Below, piece after piece: positions 7,787 to 17,960 of a stretch of 46,563 bases of DNA. Source of the DNA: a virus. Lineage: Duplodnaviria > Heunggongvirae > Uroviricota > Caudoviricetes. Location: IMG/VR virus record IMGVR_UViG_2861038214_000001, positions 1 to 46,563 of that record; one strand, written 5' to 3'. Numbering within the stretch: position 1 is the first letter of the stretch; each line of letters begins with the position of its first letter. The notes under the pieces are model-generated. The model saw nothing but the letters and a program-made list of their open reading frames with translations. It was not told where the DNA came from and searched no databases. Position numbers and translations under genes: made by a program.

Positions 7787-8626
7787 TTAATCCTTAACTT
7801 TGCCCACCTGCCTTTTAAAACATTCCAGTATATCACTTTTCATTCTTGCGTAGCAATATGCCATCTCTTCAGCTATCTCAGCATTGGTGACCTTGTTCAG
7901 AGGCGCTGAGAGATGGCCTTTTTCTGATAGATAATGTTCTGTTAAAATATCTCCGGCCTCATCTTTTGCCCGCAGGCTAATGTCTGAAAATTGAGGTGAC
8001 GGGTTAAAAATAATATCCTTGGCAACCTTTTTTATATCCCTTTTAAATTTTGGCTTAATGACTATATCCAATGAGTCAAAAAGCTCCCCTTCAATATCTG
8101 TTGCCCCTAAGACCTTTAATATATCGCCAAATACAGGTAGCTTGGCTTCTACCTTCACCGTTGTTCGGCCGATGAAATGCATATGCATAACATCGTCTTT
8201 GGTGGTTCCCCTCATCAGTGGCTCTATCTGAACGCGCTCTCCACTGCTTAATGACATTCCTTTCCCGATTAAAAAATCTGTCAGATCGGATGTGGTCGGC
8301 CCGAAAACAGTTCTGGCAAAACCAATGGTGTCGCCTTCAACAAACAAAAAAGATGGGAATCCCAATGATTCGTCATCTGCGAGGCTGTTCTTAATATCTT
8401 CAACTGAAGCTTTAGAGCGATTTATCTTCTGAACCAGACTCTTGTCATTTGTTTTGGTAAAGAGAAAAGTTTTTCCATCGATTTTATGAATATACAAATA
8501 ATTGGAGCCAACCTGCAGGTGATGATTATCAGCCAGCAGAGAATTAAGGAAAACAGACAGGTTTATTGAGCACTTATCTTTCCCTTTATTTTTGCTGCGG
8601 TAAGTCGCATAAAAACCATTCTTCAT
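7787..8626 (-). CDS. rexA: RexA, sensor/activator of Rex exclusion system (279 aa)
   Basis: ORF track; length and sequence (MKNGFYATYRSKNKGKDK…) match lambda RexA as I recall it; AT-rich like lambda rex. Confidence 0.8.
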   Translation of the reverse strand: MKNGFYATYRSKNKGKDKCSINLSVFLNSLLADNHHLQVGSNYLYIHKIDGKTFLFTKTNDKSLVQKINRSKASVEDIKNSLADDESLGFPSFLFVEGDTIGFARTVFGPTTSDLTDFLIGKGMSLSSGERVQIEPLMRGTTKDDVMHMHFIGRTTVKVEAKLPVFGDILKVLGATDIEGELFDSLDIVIKPKFKRDIKKVAKDIIFNPSPQFSDISLRAKDEAGDILTEHYLSEKGHLSAPLNKVTNAEIAEEMAYCYARMKSDILECFKRQVGKVKD

Positions 8627-8738
8627 AATTCAATCCATTTACTATGTTATGTTCTGAGGGGAGTGAAAATTCCCCTAATTCGATGAAGATTCTTGCTCAA
8701 TTGTTATCAGCTATGCGCCGACCAGAACACCTTGCCGA

Positions 8739-9386
8739 TCAGCCAAACGTCTCTTCAGGCCACTGCGCCTTAACTACCTTGCCTATGATGCGGCAGCTAT
8801 GGTCGCAATCCAGTGTTCTATATGCCGGGTTTAAAGGTACCAGGTAACTAACCCCTGCATCCTTCTCATACTTCTTGAACGTTGCCTCTGAATCACCATT
8901 TGCAGAAGCCACGCAGAAATCCCCAGACTCTACCGGCTCAGCCGGATCAACGAGTATCAGCATGCCTTCCGGAAAACTTGGACGAACCCCCTGAGGCGCC
9001 GTCATTGAATGCCCCTTCACCTCAAGCCAGAAAGCTTTTTCGCTGGCTTTTGTGGTCGTTGGGACCCATGCCTTTGCATCGCTGGCTGTGTAGCTTCCCA
9101 CCTCCGAAAATGGCCCGGCCTGCACTGAAGAAAATAACGGGTATTCATATTGGCGAAATACGGCGTCTGAATCCTCGCCAAACATTATTTTTGCCGGAGA
9201 TACGCCGAGTGCCGCCCCAAGAACCAGCGCGTCATCCGCGCTAACCTTTCTTGTTCCTAACTCGTAGTTCCCCAGGCGTGAAGGCGCAGCCCAGCCGCAA
9301 AGCTTGGCCAATTGAGCCTGGCTAAGTCCTTTAGCTTCTCTAAGGGACTTGATCCTTTCCCCGATAATTTCATGCATCGTTTTCAT
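8739..9386 (-). CDS. cI: CI-type prophage repressor (HTH_XRE N-domain, S24 LexA-like autoprotease C-domain)
   Basis: ORF track; Ala-Gly cleavage site (VQAGPF), Ser (GHSM) and Lys (FKKY) dyad conserved; divergent from cro. Confidence 0.85.
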   Translation of the reverse strand: MKTMHEIIGERIKSLREAKGLSQAQLAKLCGWAAPSRLGNYELGTRKVSADDALVLGAALGVSPAKIMFGEDSDAVFRQYEYPLFSSVQAGPFSEVGSYTASDAKAWVPTTTKASEKAFWLEVKGHSMTAPQGVRPSFPEGMLILVDPAEPVESGDFCVASANGDSEATFKKYEKDAGVSYLVPLNPAYRTLDCDHSCRIIGKVVKAQWPEETFG

Positions 9387-9394
9387 CCCTTAAA

Positions 9395-9480
9395 TGTAAC
9401 ACGCAACGTGATTGAACTCTGTACACGAATTGAGGTTGACTGTTAATCACAAATTGTGTGTAATGGGTGTGTGATTAATG
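9395..9480. promoter_or_regulatory. OR operator region with pR (-35 TTGACT 9436..9441, -10 TGTAAT 9459..9464) and TCACA-N-TGTGA-like operators
   Basis: promoter hexamers with 17-nt spacer overlapped by palindrome TCACAAATTGTGTG; between divergent cI and cro. Confidence 0.55.
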
Positions 9481-9494
9481 CTAGGGAGACCGCA

Positions 9495-9713
9495 ATGAAC
9501 AAAATTGCCCAGCAGCGAAAAAAAATCGGAGTTTCGCAAGCTGTACTAGCTTCAGCAATTGGTTGGGGGCAATCCCGCATCGCCAACTATGAGCTGAATA
9601 TCCGTACTCCTGGCCTTAACGATTGCCGAATGATCGTAGAAGGCCTCAGGAAGTTAGGGTGCCAATGTTCTTTGGATGATGTTTTCCCTCCATCCAGTAA
9701 CAAAGCCGCCTAA
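9495..9713 (+). CDS. cro: Cro-like HTH regulator (72 aa)
   Basis: ORF track 9456..9713 trimmed to ATG with GGGAGA SD; HTH motif; position. Confidence 0.75.
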   Translation: MNKIAQQRKKIGVSQAVLASAIGWGQSRIANYELNIRTPGLNDCRMIVEGLRKLGCQCSLDDVFPPSSNKAA

Positions 9714-9721
9714 GCAGTACC

Positions 9722-9762
9722 CGCTCTTTAACAGTCATGGCCTTTCACCTCTAACCGGGTGA
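9722..9762 (+). promoter_or_regulatory. nutR (boxA CGCTCTTTAACA; boxB hairpin TCACC-TCTAACC-GGTGA, phage 21-type)
   Basis: seen in sequence downstream of cro. Confidence 0.65.
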
Positions 9763-9830
9763 GCAAACATCAGCGGCAAATCCATTGGGTGTGCCGCTAT
9801 AACTCAATATCAATATAGGAAAATTAACAA

Positions 9831-10127
9831 ATGGCACAAGCAAGCTACAGCAAGCCAACACAGCGAGAAATTGATCGCGCTGAAACTGATTTACTCATCA
9901 ACCTGTCAACGCTTACCCAGCGCGGTCTGGCAAAGATGATTGGCTGTCATGAATCGAAGATAAGCAGAACGGACTGGAGATTTATTGCTTCGGTCTTGTG
10001 TGCTTTCGGAATGGCATCAGACATCAGTCCGATTAGCAGGGCTTTTAAGTATGCGCTTGATGAAATCACAAAGAAAAAATCCCCGGCCGCCACCGAGGAT
10101 TTTAAGCAAATTGATATGCAATTCTGA
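9831..10127 (+). CDS. cII: CII-like transcriptional activator
   Basis: ORF track; C-terminus KKKSPAATEDFKQIDMQF resembles lambda CII KKRPAATERSEQIQMEF. Confidence 0.75.
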   Translation: MAQASYSKPTQREIDRAETDLLINLSTLTQRGLAKMIGCHESKISRTDWRFIASVLCAFGMASDISPISRAFKYALDEITKKKSPAATEDFKQIDMQF

Positions 10128-10159
10128 GTGAATTACTGGATCAATCCACAGGAGTAATT

Positions 10160-10321
10160 ATGACAAAACGTCGTAAGAAATACCAGGAAAAAGAAGAGAT
10201 TCGACACCCTGATTCACCTGAGGGATTAGTGGTAGCCGCAGCAAATAACAGGGCGTTCGCAGAGCGCCTTGTTGGTGTTTACAGACTAGCCAAAGCAGGA
10301 GTGAAACATGGGCGTCGTTAA
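10160..10321 (+). CDS. small basic hypothetical protein (53 aa, MTKRRKKYQEKEEIRHPDSPEG…)
   Basis: own translation; GGAG SD; overlaps start of O-like gene by 14 nt. Confidence 0.4.
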   Translation: MTKRRKKYQEKEEIRHPDSPEGLVVAAANNRAFAERLVGVYRLAKAGVKHGRR

Positions 10322-11138
10322 GTTAGCTGATTACAGGCCTCAACTGGAGGTCGTGGAGCATCGCGTGGCAGAACTCGAAGATGGCTACACTCGGACTGCA
10401 AACACACTGTTAGAAGCCGCCATGCTTTCTGGACTTACTCTACATCAGTTACTGATTGTTATGGCTGTGTGGCGCAAGACATACGGTTACAACAAAAAAA
10501 TAGATTGGATCGGAAACGAACAGTTCGCTGAACTCACTGGCATGGCACCAACCAAATGCTCTACCGCCAAAAACGAGCTTATCAGAATGGGAGTTCTCAT
10601 TCAGGTTGGGCGTCAAGTTGGTATGAATACAAACATTTTCGAGTGGAAAACGAAAGTTAACGGATTCGGTAAAACATTTACCAATTCGGTAAAACAAACA
10701 TTCACCAAATCGGTAAAAAGCAATTTACCGAATCAGTCAAACACAAAAGACAATATACAAAAGACAATAAATACAAATACCCCCTTACCCCCTAACGGGG
10801 ATGGCGATGGGCAGGTTAAACCTGAACGTCGCAAGGCAGAACGAATCGACTACGAATCCTTCCTGAACGCCTACAACACCGAAGTCGGTGACAGACTTCC
10901 ACACGCTGTTGCGGTCAACGAGAAACGAAAACGCCGCCTGAAGAAAATCATTCCGCAACTGAAAACGCCAAACGTGGACGGTTTCAGAGCGTATGTCAGG
11001 GCGTTTGTGCATCAGGCCAAGCCGTTTTACTTCGGAGACAACGACACTGGCTGGACGGCAGATTTTGATTACCTGCTGAGGGAAGATTCGTTAACGGGAG
11101 TACGGGAAGGGAAGTTTGCAGACAGGGGGATTGCATGA
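10308..11138 (+). CDS. O: replication initiator, lambda O-like (Phage_rep_O N-domain)
   Basis: ORF track; N-terminal O-like HTH region; iterons inside gene. Confidence 0.8.
   Translation: MGVVKLADYRPQLEVVEHRVAELEDGYTRTANTLLEAAMLSGLTLHQLLIVMAVWRKTYGYNKKIDWIGNEQFAELTGMAPTKCSTAKNELIRMGVLIQVGRQVGMNTNIFEWKTKVNGFGKTFTNSVKQTFTKSVKSNLPNQSNTKDNIQKTINTNTPLPPNGDGDGQVKPERRKAERIDYESFLNAYNTEVGDRLPHAVAVNEKRKRRLKKIIPQLKTPNVDGFRAYVRAFVHQAKPFYFGDNDTGWTADFDYLLREDSLTGVREGKFADRGIA
10666..10733. repeat. replication origin iterons (3 direct TCGGTAAAA(C) copies at about 20-24 bp spacing plus one inverted copy) inside O-like gene
   Basis: direct repeats seen in sequence; followed by A-rich stretch; analogous to lambda ori within O. 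Confidence 0.6.
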
Positions 11139-12511
11139 AACAGGATATCGAAGCGAGCGTTATCGGTGGCCTGCTGATTGGTGGATTAACTCCAACCGCC
11201 AGCGACGTTCTGGCAACGCTGGAGCCGGAAGCGTTTTCAATTCCGCTCTACCGGAAAGCCTTCGAGGTTATCCGCAAGCAGGCGAGAAACAGAAACCTAA
11301 TCGACGCACTGATGGTTGCCGAGGCGTGCGGAGAGGAGCATTTCACGTCAATCCTGATGACCAGTAAGAACTGCCCGAGTGCCGCAAACCTGAAGGGATA
11401 TGCCGGAATGGTCGCGGATAACTATCACCGCCGTCTGGTGCTGGAAATCATGGATGAAATGCGTGAACCAATTCAGAGCGGAACCATCGATACATCGAGT
11501 CAGGCGATGGACGAGCTTGTAAAGCGTCTCTCAGCCATCAGAAAGCCCCGTGACGAGGTTAAACCTGTACGGTTAGGGGAAATCATCACTGACTACACTG
11601 ACACGCTTGACAGGCGCCTGAGGAACGGAGAAGAGTCAGATACCCTGAAGACCGGAATCGAAGAACTTGATGTCATCACCGGAGGGATGAACGCGGAAGA
11701 CCTGGTGATAATCGCTGCCCGTCCTGGCATGGGGAAAACCGAACTGGCGCTGAAGATTGCCGAAGGCGTTGCAAGCCGCGTTATTCCTGGTTCTGACGTC
11801 CGGCGCGGAGTATTGATTTTCTCAATGGAAATGAGCGCATTGCAGATTGCAGAGCGAAGCATTGCCAACGCCGGGAGGATGTCGGTTAGCGCACTGCGAA
11901 ATCCTGCATCGATGGATGACGAAGGCTGGGCGCGTGTTGCTAACGGCATGAGTCAGCTTGCAGATTTGGATGTATGGGTAGTCGATGCCTCGCGGTTATC
12001 GGTCGAAGAAATACGCTCAATCGCAGAACGACACAAACAGGAAAATCCAAACCTGTCACTCATCATGGCGGATTATCTTGGCCTGATTGAGAAGCCGAAA
12101 GCAGACCGCAACGACCTCGCAATTGCTCACATCTCCGGAAGCCTGAAGGCGATGGCGAAAGACCTGAAAACGCCTGTTATCTCCCTAAGTCAGCTTTCGC
12201 GCGATGTTGAGAAGCGACCAAACAAACGCCCGACAAACGCAGATTTGCGTGATTCAGGAAGCATTGAGCAGGACGCAGACTCAATCATCATGCTCTATCG
12301 GGAAGCGGTATATGACGAGAACAGTAGCGCCGCGCCATTTGCTGAAATCATCGTGACGAAAAACCGTTTTGGCTCGCTTGGTACGGTTTACCAGCGGTTC
12401 TGTAACGGACACTTTGTTGCATGTGACCAGGATGAAGCCAGACAGATTTGCACAGCATCAAATGCACCTGCTGCGCGTGGCAGACGATATGCACAAGGGG
12501 CTGACGTATGA
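11135..12511 (+). CDS. DnaB-family replicative helicase
   Basis: ORF track; Walker A ([12 protein letters not shown]) and DnaB-like C-terminal RecA-fold motifs. Confidence 0.9.
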   Translation: MKQDIEASVIGGLLIGGLTPTASDVLATLEPEAFSIPLYRKAFEVIRKQARNRNLIDALMVAEACGEEHFTSILMTSKNCPSAANLKGYAGMVADNYHRRLVLEIMDEMREPIQSGTIDTSSQAMDELVKRLSAIRKPRDEVKPVRLGEIITDYTDTLDRRLRNGEESDTLKTGIEELDVITGGMNAEDLVIIAARPGMGKTELALKIAEGVASRVIPGSDVRRGVLIFSMEMSALQIAERSIANAGRMSVSALRNPASMDDEGWARVANGMSQLADLDVWVVDASRLSVEEIRSIAERHKQENPNLSLIMADYLGLIEKPKADRNDLAIAHISGSLKAMAKDLKTPVISLSQLSRDVEKRPNKRPTNADLRDSGSIEQDADSIIMLYREAVYDENSSAAPFAEIIVTKNRFGSLGTVYQRFCNGHFVACDQDEARQICTASNAPAARGRRYAQGADV

Positions 12512-12583
12512 CCATCTACATCACTGAGCTGATAGCAGGCCTGCTGGTAATCGCAGGCCTTTTTATTTGGGGGAGGGTAAATC

Positions 12584-12790
12584 GTGGCTGAGTTAATTTT
12601 CTCTGCATTGAGGATTCTCGGTGCTATGTGGATGGTGGCGACGTTCATTGTTGTTGCCAGCAGTTTTGTCCGGTTGGTAGGCGAAGGTAAAGACCTGGTG
12701 GGTGTGCTTTTCGGTAGCATTTTCCTGTGGGTGATTATCGGTGTTATGCCTGTCGCTGTAGCAAAAATGGCGTGGCGTTTTGTGAGTTGA
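12584..12790 (+). CDS. small hydrophobic membrane protein (68 aa, 2 predicted TM segments)
   Basis: ORF track; GTG start with GGGGAGGG SD. Confidence 0.5.
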   Translation: MAELIFSALRILGAMWMVATFIVVASSFVRLVGEGKDLVGVLFGSIFLWVIIGVMPVAVAKMAWRFVS

Positions 12791-12807
12791 ACTGAGGGTA
12801 AGTATCG

Positions 12808-13128
12808 ATGGACGAATCAAGAAAGCAGTTTGAAGAAAGTTGGTTGCGACGTGGAGGCGAATCCTCAGACCTTATCCGTTACCCTGAAAATCACCATGAA
12901 ATTGGCAGTGGTAATATTGGTGGTCAATACGTGATGGACGATGTTCAAGGCCACTGGCAAACGTGGCAGGCATCGCGATCAGCTATTGAAATAACCGCGC
13001 CAAAGTTTATCGACAGCAGAGAAGCATTAGCCAAAGGGTTTACTGTTGATTATTCCTATGGCTTCGGCGATGGAATGGATGCTTATGAGGAAAACATCCG
13101 CGCTGCTGGAGTCAAAGTGAAGGAGTAA
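12808..13128 (+). CDS. hypothetical phage protein (106 aa)
   Basis: ORF track; nin-region context. Confidence 0.6.
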   Translation: MDESRKQFEESWLRRGGESSDLIRYPENHHEIGSGNIGGQYVMDDVQGHWQTWQASRSAIEITAPKFIDSREALAKGFTVDYSYGFGDGMDAYEENIRAAGVKVKE

Positions 13129-13130
13129 CG

Positions 13131-13541
13131 ATGAAGCAGACAATCTTCCTCCGAAGTAAGCAACAACAGCAAGCCGCAATAAATGCCATCCTCTCAACTC
13201 CTCTCGATAAAGACAAGCCAGTCACGATCCGCATTACTGACTACAAGCGAAATCTTGACCAGAACGCAAAATTTCACGCGATGCTGGCGGATATCGCTCG
13301 TCAGGTTCAATGGTGCGGAAAATGGTTAAAACCGGAACAATGGAAGGTTTTGTTGATCAGCGGTCATGCAGTGGCAACAAAGCAGGAAGCTGATGTTTTG
13401 CCCGGGCTTGAAGGCGAATACGTCAACATTCGCGAAAGTAGCGCGCAGATGAGCGTGAAGCGCATGGCAAGCCTGATTGAGTACACGACAGCATGGGCTA
13501 TTGGTCAGGGTGTCAGATTTACCGACAGGAGGTACGAATGA
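13131..13541 (+). CDS. ninB: NinB recombination protein
   Basis: ORF track; similarity to lambda NinB (…LDQN.K…W.GKWL…). Confidence 0.8.
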   Translation: MKQTIFLRSKQQQQAAINAILSTPLDKDKPVTIRITDYKRNLDQNAKFHAMLADIARQVQWCGKWLKPEQWKVLLISGHAVATKQEADVLPGLEGEYVNIRESSAQMSVKRMASLIEYTTAWAIGQGVRFTDRRYE

Positions 13542-13714
13542 GACGACAGCGACGAAGCATCACCGACATCATCTGCGAAAACTGCAAATACCTTCCAACG
13601 AAACGCTCCAGAAATAAACGCAAGCCAATCCCAAAAGAATCTGACGTAAAAACCTTCAACTACACGGCTCACCTGTGGGATATCCGGTGGCTAAGACATC
13701 GTGCGAGGAAATGA
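13538..13714 (+). CDS. ninE: NinE-like protein (58 aa)
   Basis: ORF track 13493..13714 trimmed to ATG overlapping ninB stop (ATGA); [20 protein letters not shown]… as I recall NinE. Confidence 0.6.
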   Translation: MRRQRRSITDIICENCKYLPTKRSRNKRKPIPKESDVKTFNYTAHLWDIRWLRHRARK

Positions 13715-14118
13715 CAATGCTTTTAATTCAACCTGGATTTGGCCTTAGCATCAAAAAAGGGCACATGTTTGGCGAGAAAGAATCTCAACGAAAAATGGTG
13801 TCGATACAGTTGCCATTTATCAGTATTTATTGGCTAAACAGGGAGGCAACAAATTATTGGTATACATGCGCCAGAGCAGCATTTAACGACCCTGACTGGT
13901 TTGTGAAAAACCACCACGCAGTTCGTCAGGCAAAGAGAAAGGCCAATACGACATACATGAAGGCGTATCGAAAAGCATGGAAAGAACACCGCGATCGATA
14001 CCAGCAAGATATGGAAAAGCTTGAATCAGAAAACATGGAATTAAGACGAAAGCTTGGTGAAGCAAAACGAGACATTGATGCTTACAAGCGACTTTTTAAT
14101 GGTGAAAGCCATGCTTAG
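13711..14118 (+). CDS. hypothetical protein (135 aa) inserted between ninE and ninF
   Basis: ORF track 13675..14118 trimmed to ATG overlapping ninE stop; no family recognised; C-terminal coiled coil. Confidence 0.55.
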   Translation: MTMLLIQPGFGLSIKKGHMFGEKESQRKMVSIQLPFISIYWLNREATNYWYTCARAAFNDPDWFVKNHHAVRQAKRKANTTYMKAYRKAWKEHRDRYQQDMEKLESENMELRRKLGEAKRDIDAYKRLFNGESHA

Positions 14119-14287
14119 TCCATCCCAATCTCTTCAATACCAGAAAGAAAGCGTCGAGCGGGCTTTAACGTGCGCTAATTGCGGTCAGAGGCTGCATGTG
14201 CTGGAAGTTCACGTGTGTGAGCACTGCTGCGCAGAACTGATGAGCGATCCGAATAGCTCAATGCACGAGGAAGAAGATTATGGCTAA
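14111..14287 (+). CDS. ninF: NinF-like Cys-rich protein (58 aa)
   Basis: ORF track 14054..14287 trimmed; [26 protein letters not shown]… matches NinF as I recall. Confidence 0.65.
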   Translation: MLSPSQSLQYQKESVERALTCANCGQRLHVLEVHVCEHCCAELMSDPNSSMHEEEDYG

Positions 14288-14885
14288 ACCAGCGCGAAGG
14301 AAATGCAAAATATGCAAGGAATGGTTTCACCCGGCATTCTCAAATCAGTGGTGGTGCTGCCCGGAACACGGAACTCAATTAGCACTCAAACTACGAAGCA
14401 AACAGCGCAAAAAAGCGGAAAAAGCAGCAGAGAAGAAACGACGACGAGAGGAGCAGAAACAGAAAGATAAACTTAAGATTCGAAAACTCGCCTTAAAGCC
14501 CCGCAGTTACTGGATTAAACAAGCACAACAAGCCGTAAACGCCTTCATCAGAGAAAGAGACCGCGACTTACCATGTATCTCGTGCGGAACGCTCACGTCT
14601 GCTCAGTGGGATGCCGGGCATTACCGGACAACTGCTGCGGCACCTCAACTCCGATTTGATGAACGCAATATTCACAAGCAATGCGTGGTGTGCAACCAGC
14701 ACAAAAGCGGAAATCTCGTTCCGTATCGCGTCGAACTGATTAGCCGCATCGGGCAGGAAGCAGTAGACGAAATCGAATCAAACCATAACCGCCATCGCTG
14801 GACTGTCGAAGAGTGCAGGACCATCAAGGCGGAGTATCAACAGAAACTTAAAAAACTGCGAAACAGCAGAAGTGAGGCTGCATGA
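14280..14885 (+). CDS. ninG: NinG/Rap recombination-associated protein
   Basis: ORF track; Cys-rich N-terminus and conserved NinG core. Confidence 0.8.
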   Translation: MAKPARRKCKICKEWFHPAFSNQWWCCPEHGTQLALKLRSKQRKKAEKAAEKKRRREEQKQKDKLKIRKLALKPRSYWIKQAQQAVNAFIRERDRDLPCISCGTLTSAQWDAGHYRTTAAAPQLRFDERNIHKQCVVCNQHKSGNLVPYRVELISRIGQEAVDEIESNHNRHRWTVEECRTIKAEYQQKLKKLRNSRSEAA

Positions 14886-15553
14886 ATATCTACGAAAGAA
14901 TTGATGGCAGCAAATACCGAAATATTTGGGTAGTTGGCGATCTGCACGGATGCTACACGAACCTGATGAACAAACTGGATACGATTGGATTCGACAACAA
15001 AAAAGACCTGCTTATCTCGGTGGGAGATTTGGTTGATCGTGGTGCAGAGAACGTTGAATGCCTGGAATTAATCACATTCCCCTGGTTCAGAGCTGTACGT
15101 GGAAACCATGAGCAAATGATGATTGATGGCTTATCAGAGCGTGGAAACGTTAATCACTGGCTGCTTAATGGCGGTGGCTGGTTCTTCAATCTCGATTACG
15201 ACAAAGAGATTCTGGCTAAAGCTCTTGCCCATAAAGCAGAAGAACTTCCGTTAATCATCGAACTGGTGAGCAAAGGTAAAAAATATGTCATTTGCCACGC
15301 CGATTATCCTTGTGATGAATACGAGTTTGGAAATCCAGTTGATCATCAGCAGGTAATCTGGAACCGCGAACGAATCGGCAACTCACAAGACGGGATCGTG
15401 AAAGAAATCAAAGGCGCGGACACGTTCATCTTTGGTCATACGCCAGCAGTGAAACCACTCAAATTTGCCAACCAGATGTATATCGATACCGGCGCAGTGT
15501 TCTGCGGAAACCTCACATTGATTCAGGTACAGGGAGAAGGCGCGTGGGCATAA
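14882..15553 (+). CDS. Ser/Thr protein phosphatase (lambda PP / NinI-like metallophosphatase)
   Basis: ORF track; metallophosphatase motifs GDLHG, GDLVDRG, GNHE. Confidence 0.85.
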   Translation: MNIYERIDGSKYRNIWVVGDLHGCYTNLMNKLDTIGFDNKKDLLISVGDLVDRGAENVECLELITFPWFRAVRGNHEQMMIDGLSERGNVNHWLLNGGGWFFNLDYDKEILAKALAHKAEELPLIIELVSKGKKYVICHADYPCDEYEFGNPVDHQQVIWNRERIGNSQDGIVKEIKGADTFIFGHTPAVKPLKFANQMYIDTGAVFCGNLTLIQVQGEGAWA

Positions 15554-16062
15554 GAGAACTAAACCTCACCAAAGAACAGCATGAGTGGCTGAATGGCTGG
15601 CTTGAACTGTGGGGCGCATGGGTTTATTCAGGTCGTCTGGAAAAGCGCATGAGCAGCGTAATAGCGAAGTTCATGGAGAGCGTAGAGCCGGGAAGAGTTA
15701 TGACAAGGCCAATGTGTAATGATGATGATGGAATGTTGATTTCTCAGGTCGTCGATTCCGTCATGTACATTGACAAGAAAGCCTTTGGCATCCTCCTAAG
15801 CTACTACGCTCATGGTTCATCTAAGCGAGCAATTGCATCCTACTATCACGCGACTGCAAAGCCACGCAAGATGTGTGGACGTGGTGGCGAGGGATGGAGA
15901 AAACCTTCACTGGCAACCTGTAGAAACGAAATTGACGACATCCTGAAAGCGTCATTATTTGTTTTATACCAGCCAATGCAAAATGCTTTTAAAATGCGTA
16001 AACGTGTTGAGAAAGTTAAGCATGTTGCTGTTAAAAGACTTGACATGCAATTATCCATTTAG
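15544..16062 (+). CDS. Q: late-gene antiterminator Q-family protein
   Basis: ORF track; position upstream of lysis cassette; Q-like N-terminal region. Confidence 0.7.
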   Translation: MGIRELNLTKEQHEWLNGWLELWGAWVYSGRLEKRMSSVIAKFMESVEPGRVMTRPMCNDDDGMLISQVVDSVMYIDKKAFGILLSYYAHGSSKRAIASYYHATAKPRKMCGRGGEGWRKPSLATCRNEIDDILKASLFVLYQPMQNAFKMRKRVEKVKHVAVKRLDMQLSI

Positions 16063-16079
16063 CCATAATTAGAAGGTAA

Positions 16080-16125
16080 GCTGCCGTTAGTGACTCTTAA
16101 GTTGCAACGGTGGCTTTTTTGTTTG
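16080..16125 (+). terminator. hairpin + T-run, candidate intrinsic terminator just after Q
   Basis: 9-bp stem (2 G-U pairs), 17-nt loop, TTTTTTGTTTG tail. Confidence 0.35.
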
Positions 16126-16415
16126 CACAACAGGTAAGAGCATTGAACCCGCAGACCTCGCGGAATTGGTGAAAGGTGCCGCGCAGTGCTCTTATCGTTG
16201 TGGTGAAGCTCAATGGCGAGCTAGCAGATAGGCGGCAGTGAAAATACTAGTCATGTAGCTGACCGCCGCGCGTACTGCAATCGGCAGCGCACCGATGGAA
16301 GCCGGTTCGATTCCGGCCGCCACAACCCAAACTGAGCCGTAGCCACTGGCTATCCTGAATTCATCAGTGACAGTTACGCTGCGGACTTCTACACATGACC
16401 TTCGTGAAAGCGGGT

Positions 16416-16450
16416 GGCAGGAGGTCGCGCTAACAACATCCTGCCGTTTT
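16416..16450 (+). terminator. candidate tR'-like terminator (GGCAGGA/TCCTGCC stem, then GTTTTG)
   Basis: seen in sequence about 120 nt upstream of S. Confidence 0.35.
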
Positions 16451-16570
16451 GCCCGTGCATATCGATCACGAACAAATCTGATTACTAAACACAGTAGCCT
16501 GGATTTGTTCTATCAGTAATCGACCTTATTCCTAATTAAATAGAGCAAATCCCCTTATTGGGGCTAAGAC

Positions 16571-16894
16571 ATGAAGATGCCAGAAAAACATGACCTGTTA
16601 GCCGCCATTCTCGCGGCAAAGGAACAAGGCATCGGGGCAATCCTTGCGTTTGCAATGGCGTACCTTCGCGGCAGATATAATGGCGGTGCGTTTACAAAAA
16701 CAGTAATCGACGCAACGATGTGCGCCATTATCGCCTGGTTCATTCGTGACCTTCTCGACTTCGCCGGACTAAGTAGCAATCTCGCTTATATAACGAGCGT
16801 GTTCATCGGCTACATCGGTACTGACTCGATTGGTTCGCTTATCAAACGCTTCGCTGCTAAAAAAGCCGGAATAGAAGATGGTGGAAATCAATAA
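16571..16894 (+). CDS. S: class I holin, lambda S-type (107 aa, dual-start MKMPEK…)
   Basis: ORF track; sequence matches lambda S as I recall. Confidence 0.9.
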   Translation: MKMPEKHDLLAAILAAKEQGIGAILAFAMAYLRGRYNGGAFTKTVIDATMCAIIAWFIRDLLDFAGLSSNLAYITSVFIGYIGTDSIGSLIKRFAAKKAGIEDGGNQ

Positions 16895-17354
16895 TCAACG
16901 TAAGGCGTTCCTCGATATGCTGGCGTGGTCAGAGGGAACTGATAACGGACGTCAGAAAACCAGAAATCATGGTTATGACGTCATTGTTGGCGGAGAGCTA
17001 TTCACTGATTACTCCGATCACCCTCGCAAACTCGTCACGCTAAACCCCAAACTCAAATCAACAGCCGCCGGACGCTACCAGCTTCTTTCCCGTTGGTGGG
17101 ATGCCTATCGTAAGCAGCTTGGCCTGAAAGACTTCTCTCCGAAAAGCCAGGACGCTGTGGCACTGCAACAGATTAAAGAGCGTGGCGCTTTACCGATGAT
17201 TGACCACGGTGATATTCGTCAGGCAATCGACCGTTGCAGCAATATCTGGGCTTCACTGCCGGGGGCTGGTTATGGTCAGTTCGAGCATAAGGCTGACAGC
17301 CTGATTGCAAAATTCAAAGAAGCTGGCGGAACGGTCAGAGAGATTGAGGTATGA
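16878..17354 (+). CDS. R: endolysin, lambda R-type lytic transglycosylase
   Basis: ORF track; sequence matches lambda R. Confidence 0.9.
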   Translation: MVEINNQRKAFLDMLAWSEGTDNGRQKTRNHGYDVIVGGELFTDYSDHPRKLVTLNPKLKSTAAGRYQLLSRWWDAYRKQLGLKDFSPKSQDAVALQQIKERGALPMIDHGDIRQAIDRCSNIWASLPGAGYGQFEHKADSLIAKFKEAGGTVREIEV

Positions 17355-17809
17355 GCAGAGTAACCGCGATTATCTCCGCTCTGGTTATCTGCATCATCGT
17401 TTGCCTGTCATGGGCTGTTAATCATTACCGTGATAACGCCATCGCCTACAAAGAGCAGCGCGATAACAAGGCCAGTGAACTGGAGCAGGCGACCGCCACC
17501 ATTACTGACATGCAGCAGCGCCAGCGTGATGCAGCAGAACTTGATGCCAGATATACAAAGGAGCTTGCTGATGCTAACGCGACTATCGAAAGTCTCCGTG
17601 CTGATGTTTCTGCTGGTCGTAAGCGCCTGCAAGTCGCCGCCACCTGTGCAAAGTCAACGACCGGAGCCGGCGGCATGGGCGATGGAGAAAGCCCAGGACT
17701 TACAGCAGATGCTGAACTCAATTATTACCGTCTCCGAAGTGGAATCGACAAGATAACCGCACAGGTCAACTACCTGCAGGAATACATCACCACGCAGTGC
17801 CTGAAATAA
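17351..17809 (+). CDS. Rz: i-spanin Rz
   Basis: ORF track; N-terminal TM segment, coiled-coil periplasmic domain. Confidence 0.85.
   Translation: MSRVTAIISALVICIIVCLSWAVNHYRDNAIAYKEQRDNKASELEQATATITDMQQRQRDAAELDARYTKELADANATIESLRADVSAGRKRLQVAATCAKSTTGAGGMGDGESPGLTADAELNYYRLRSGIDKITAQVNYLQEYITTQCLK
17571..17756 (+). CDS. Rz1: o-spanin Rz1 (lipoprotein, embedded in +1 frame of Rz)
   Basis: ORF track 17430..17756 trimmed to signal peptide [20 protein letters not shown] with lipobox Cys, Pro-rich mature part. Confidence 0.65.
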   Translation: MLTRLSKVSVLMFLLVVSACKSPPPVQSQRPEPAAWAMEKAQDLQQMLNSIITVSEVESTR

Positions 17810-17811
17810 CA

Positions 17812-17835
17812 GCCTCGCAATAGCGGGGCTTTTTA
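17812..17835 (+). terminator. intrinsic terminator after Rz (GCCTCGC/GCGGGGC hairpin + TTTTT)
   Basis: seen in sequence. Confidence 0.45.
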
Positions 17836-17960
17836 ATGCGTATCGTACACGCAAACCATCGAGAGTCTTTCAGTCGTGAGCCTGAGGAGCGCCGTTAAAG
17901 GTGGCGACCTCTCTCGGGCGGCGTTCCTGTACGACAGGCTCACACCTAAAGGAAAACAGC

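Noticed and set aside
8644-9244. Plus-strand ORFs (67 and 120 aa) opposite rexA-cI
   Set aside because: Antisense to the well-supported cI gene and the rexA-cI intergenic region; no SD; likely non-coding
12508-12591. 27-codon hydrophobic ORF ([27 protein letters not shown]) overlapping the helicase stop
   Set aside because: Too short to support from sequence alone; could be a real small membrane peptide but left uncalled
16190-16330. Possible tRNA gene in the Q-S intergenic region (GGTTCGATTCC T-loop-like sequence)
   Set aside because: The candidate acceptor stem halves are about 125 nt apart and no canonical D-arm or anticodon arm (U33, purine 37) could be folded; treated as a tRNA-like fragment or leader RNA element rather than a tRNA gene
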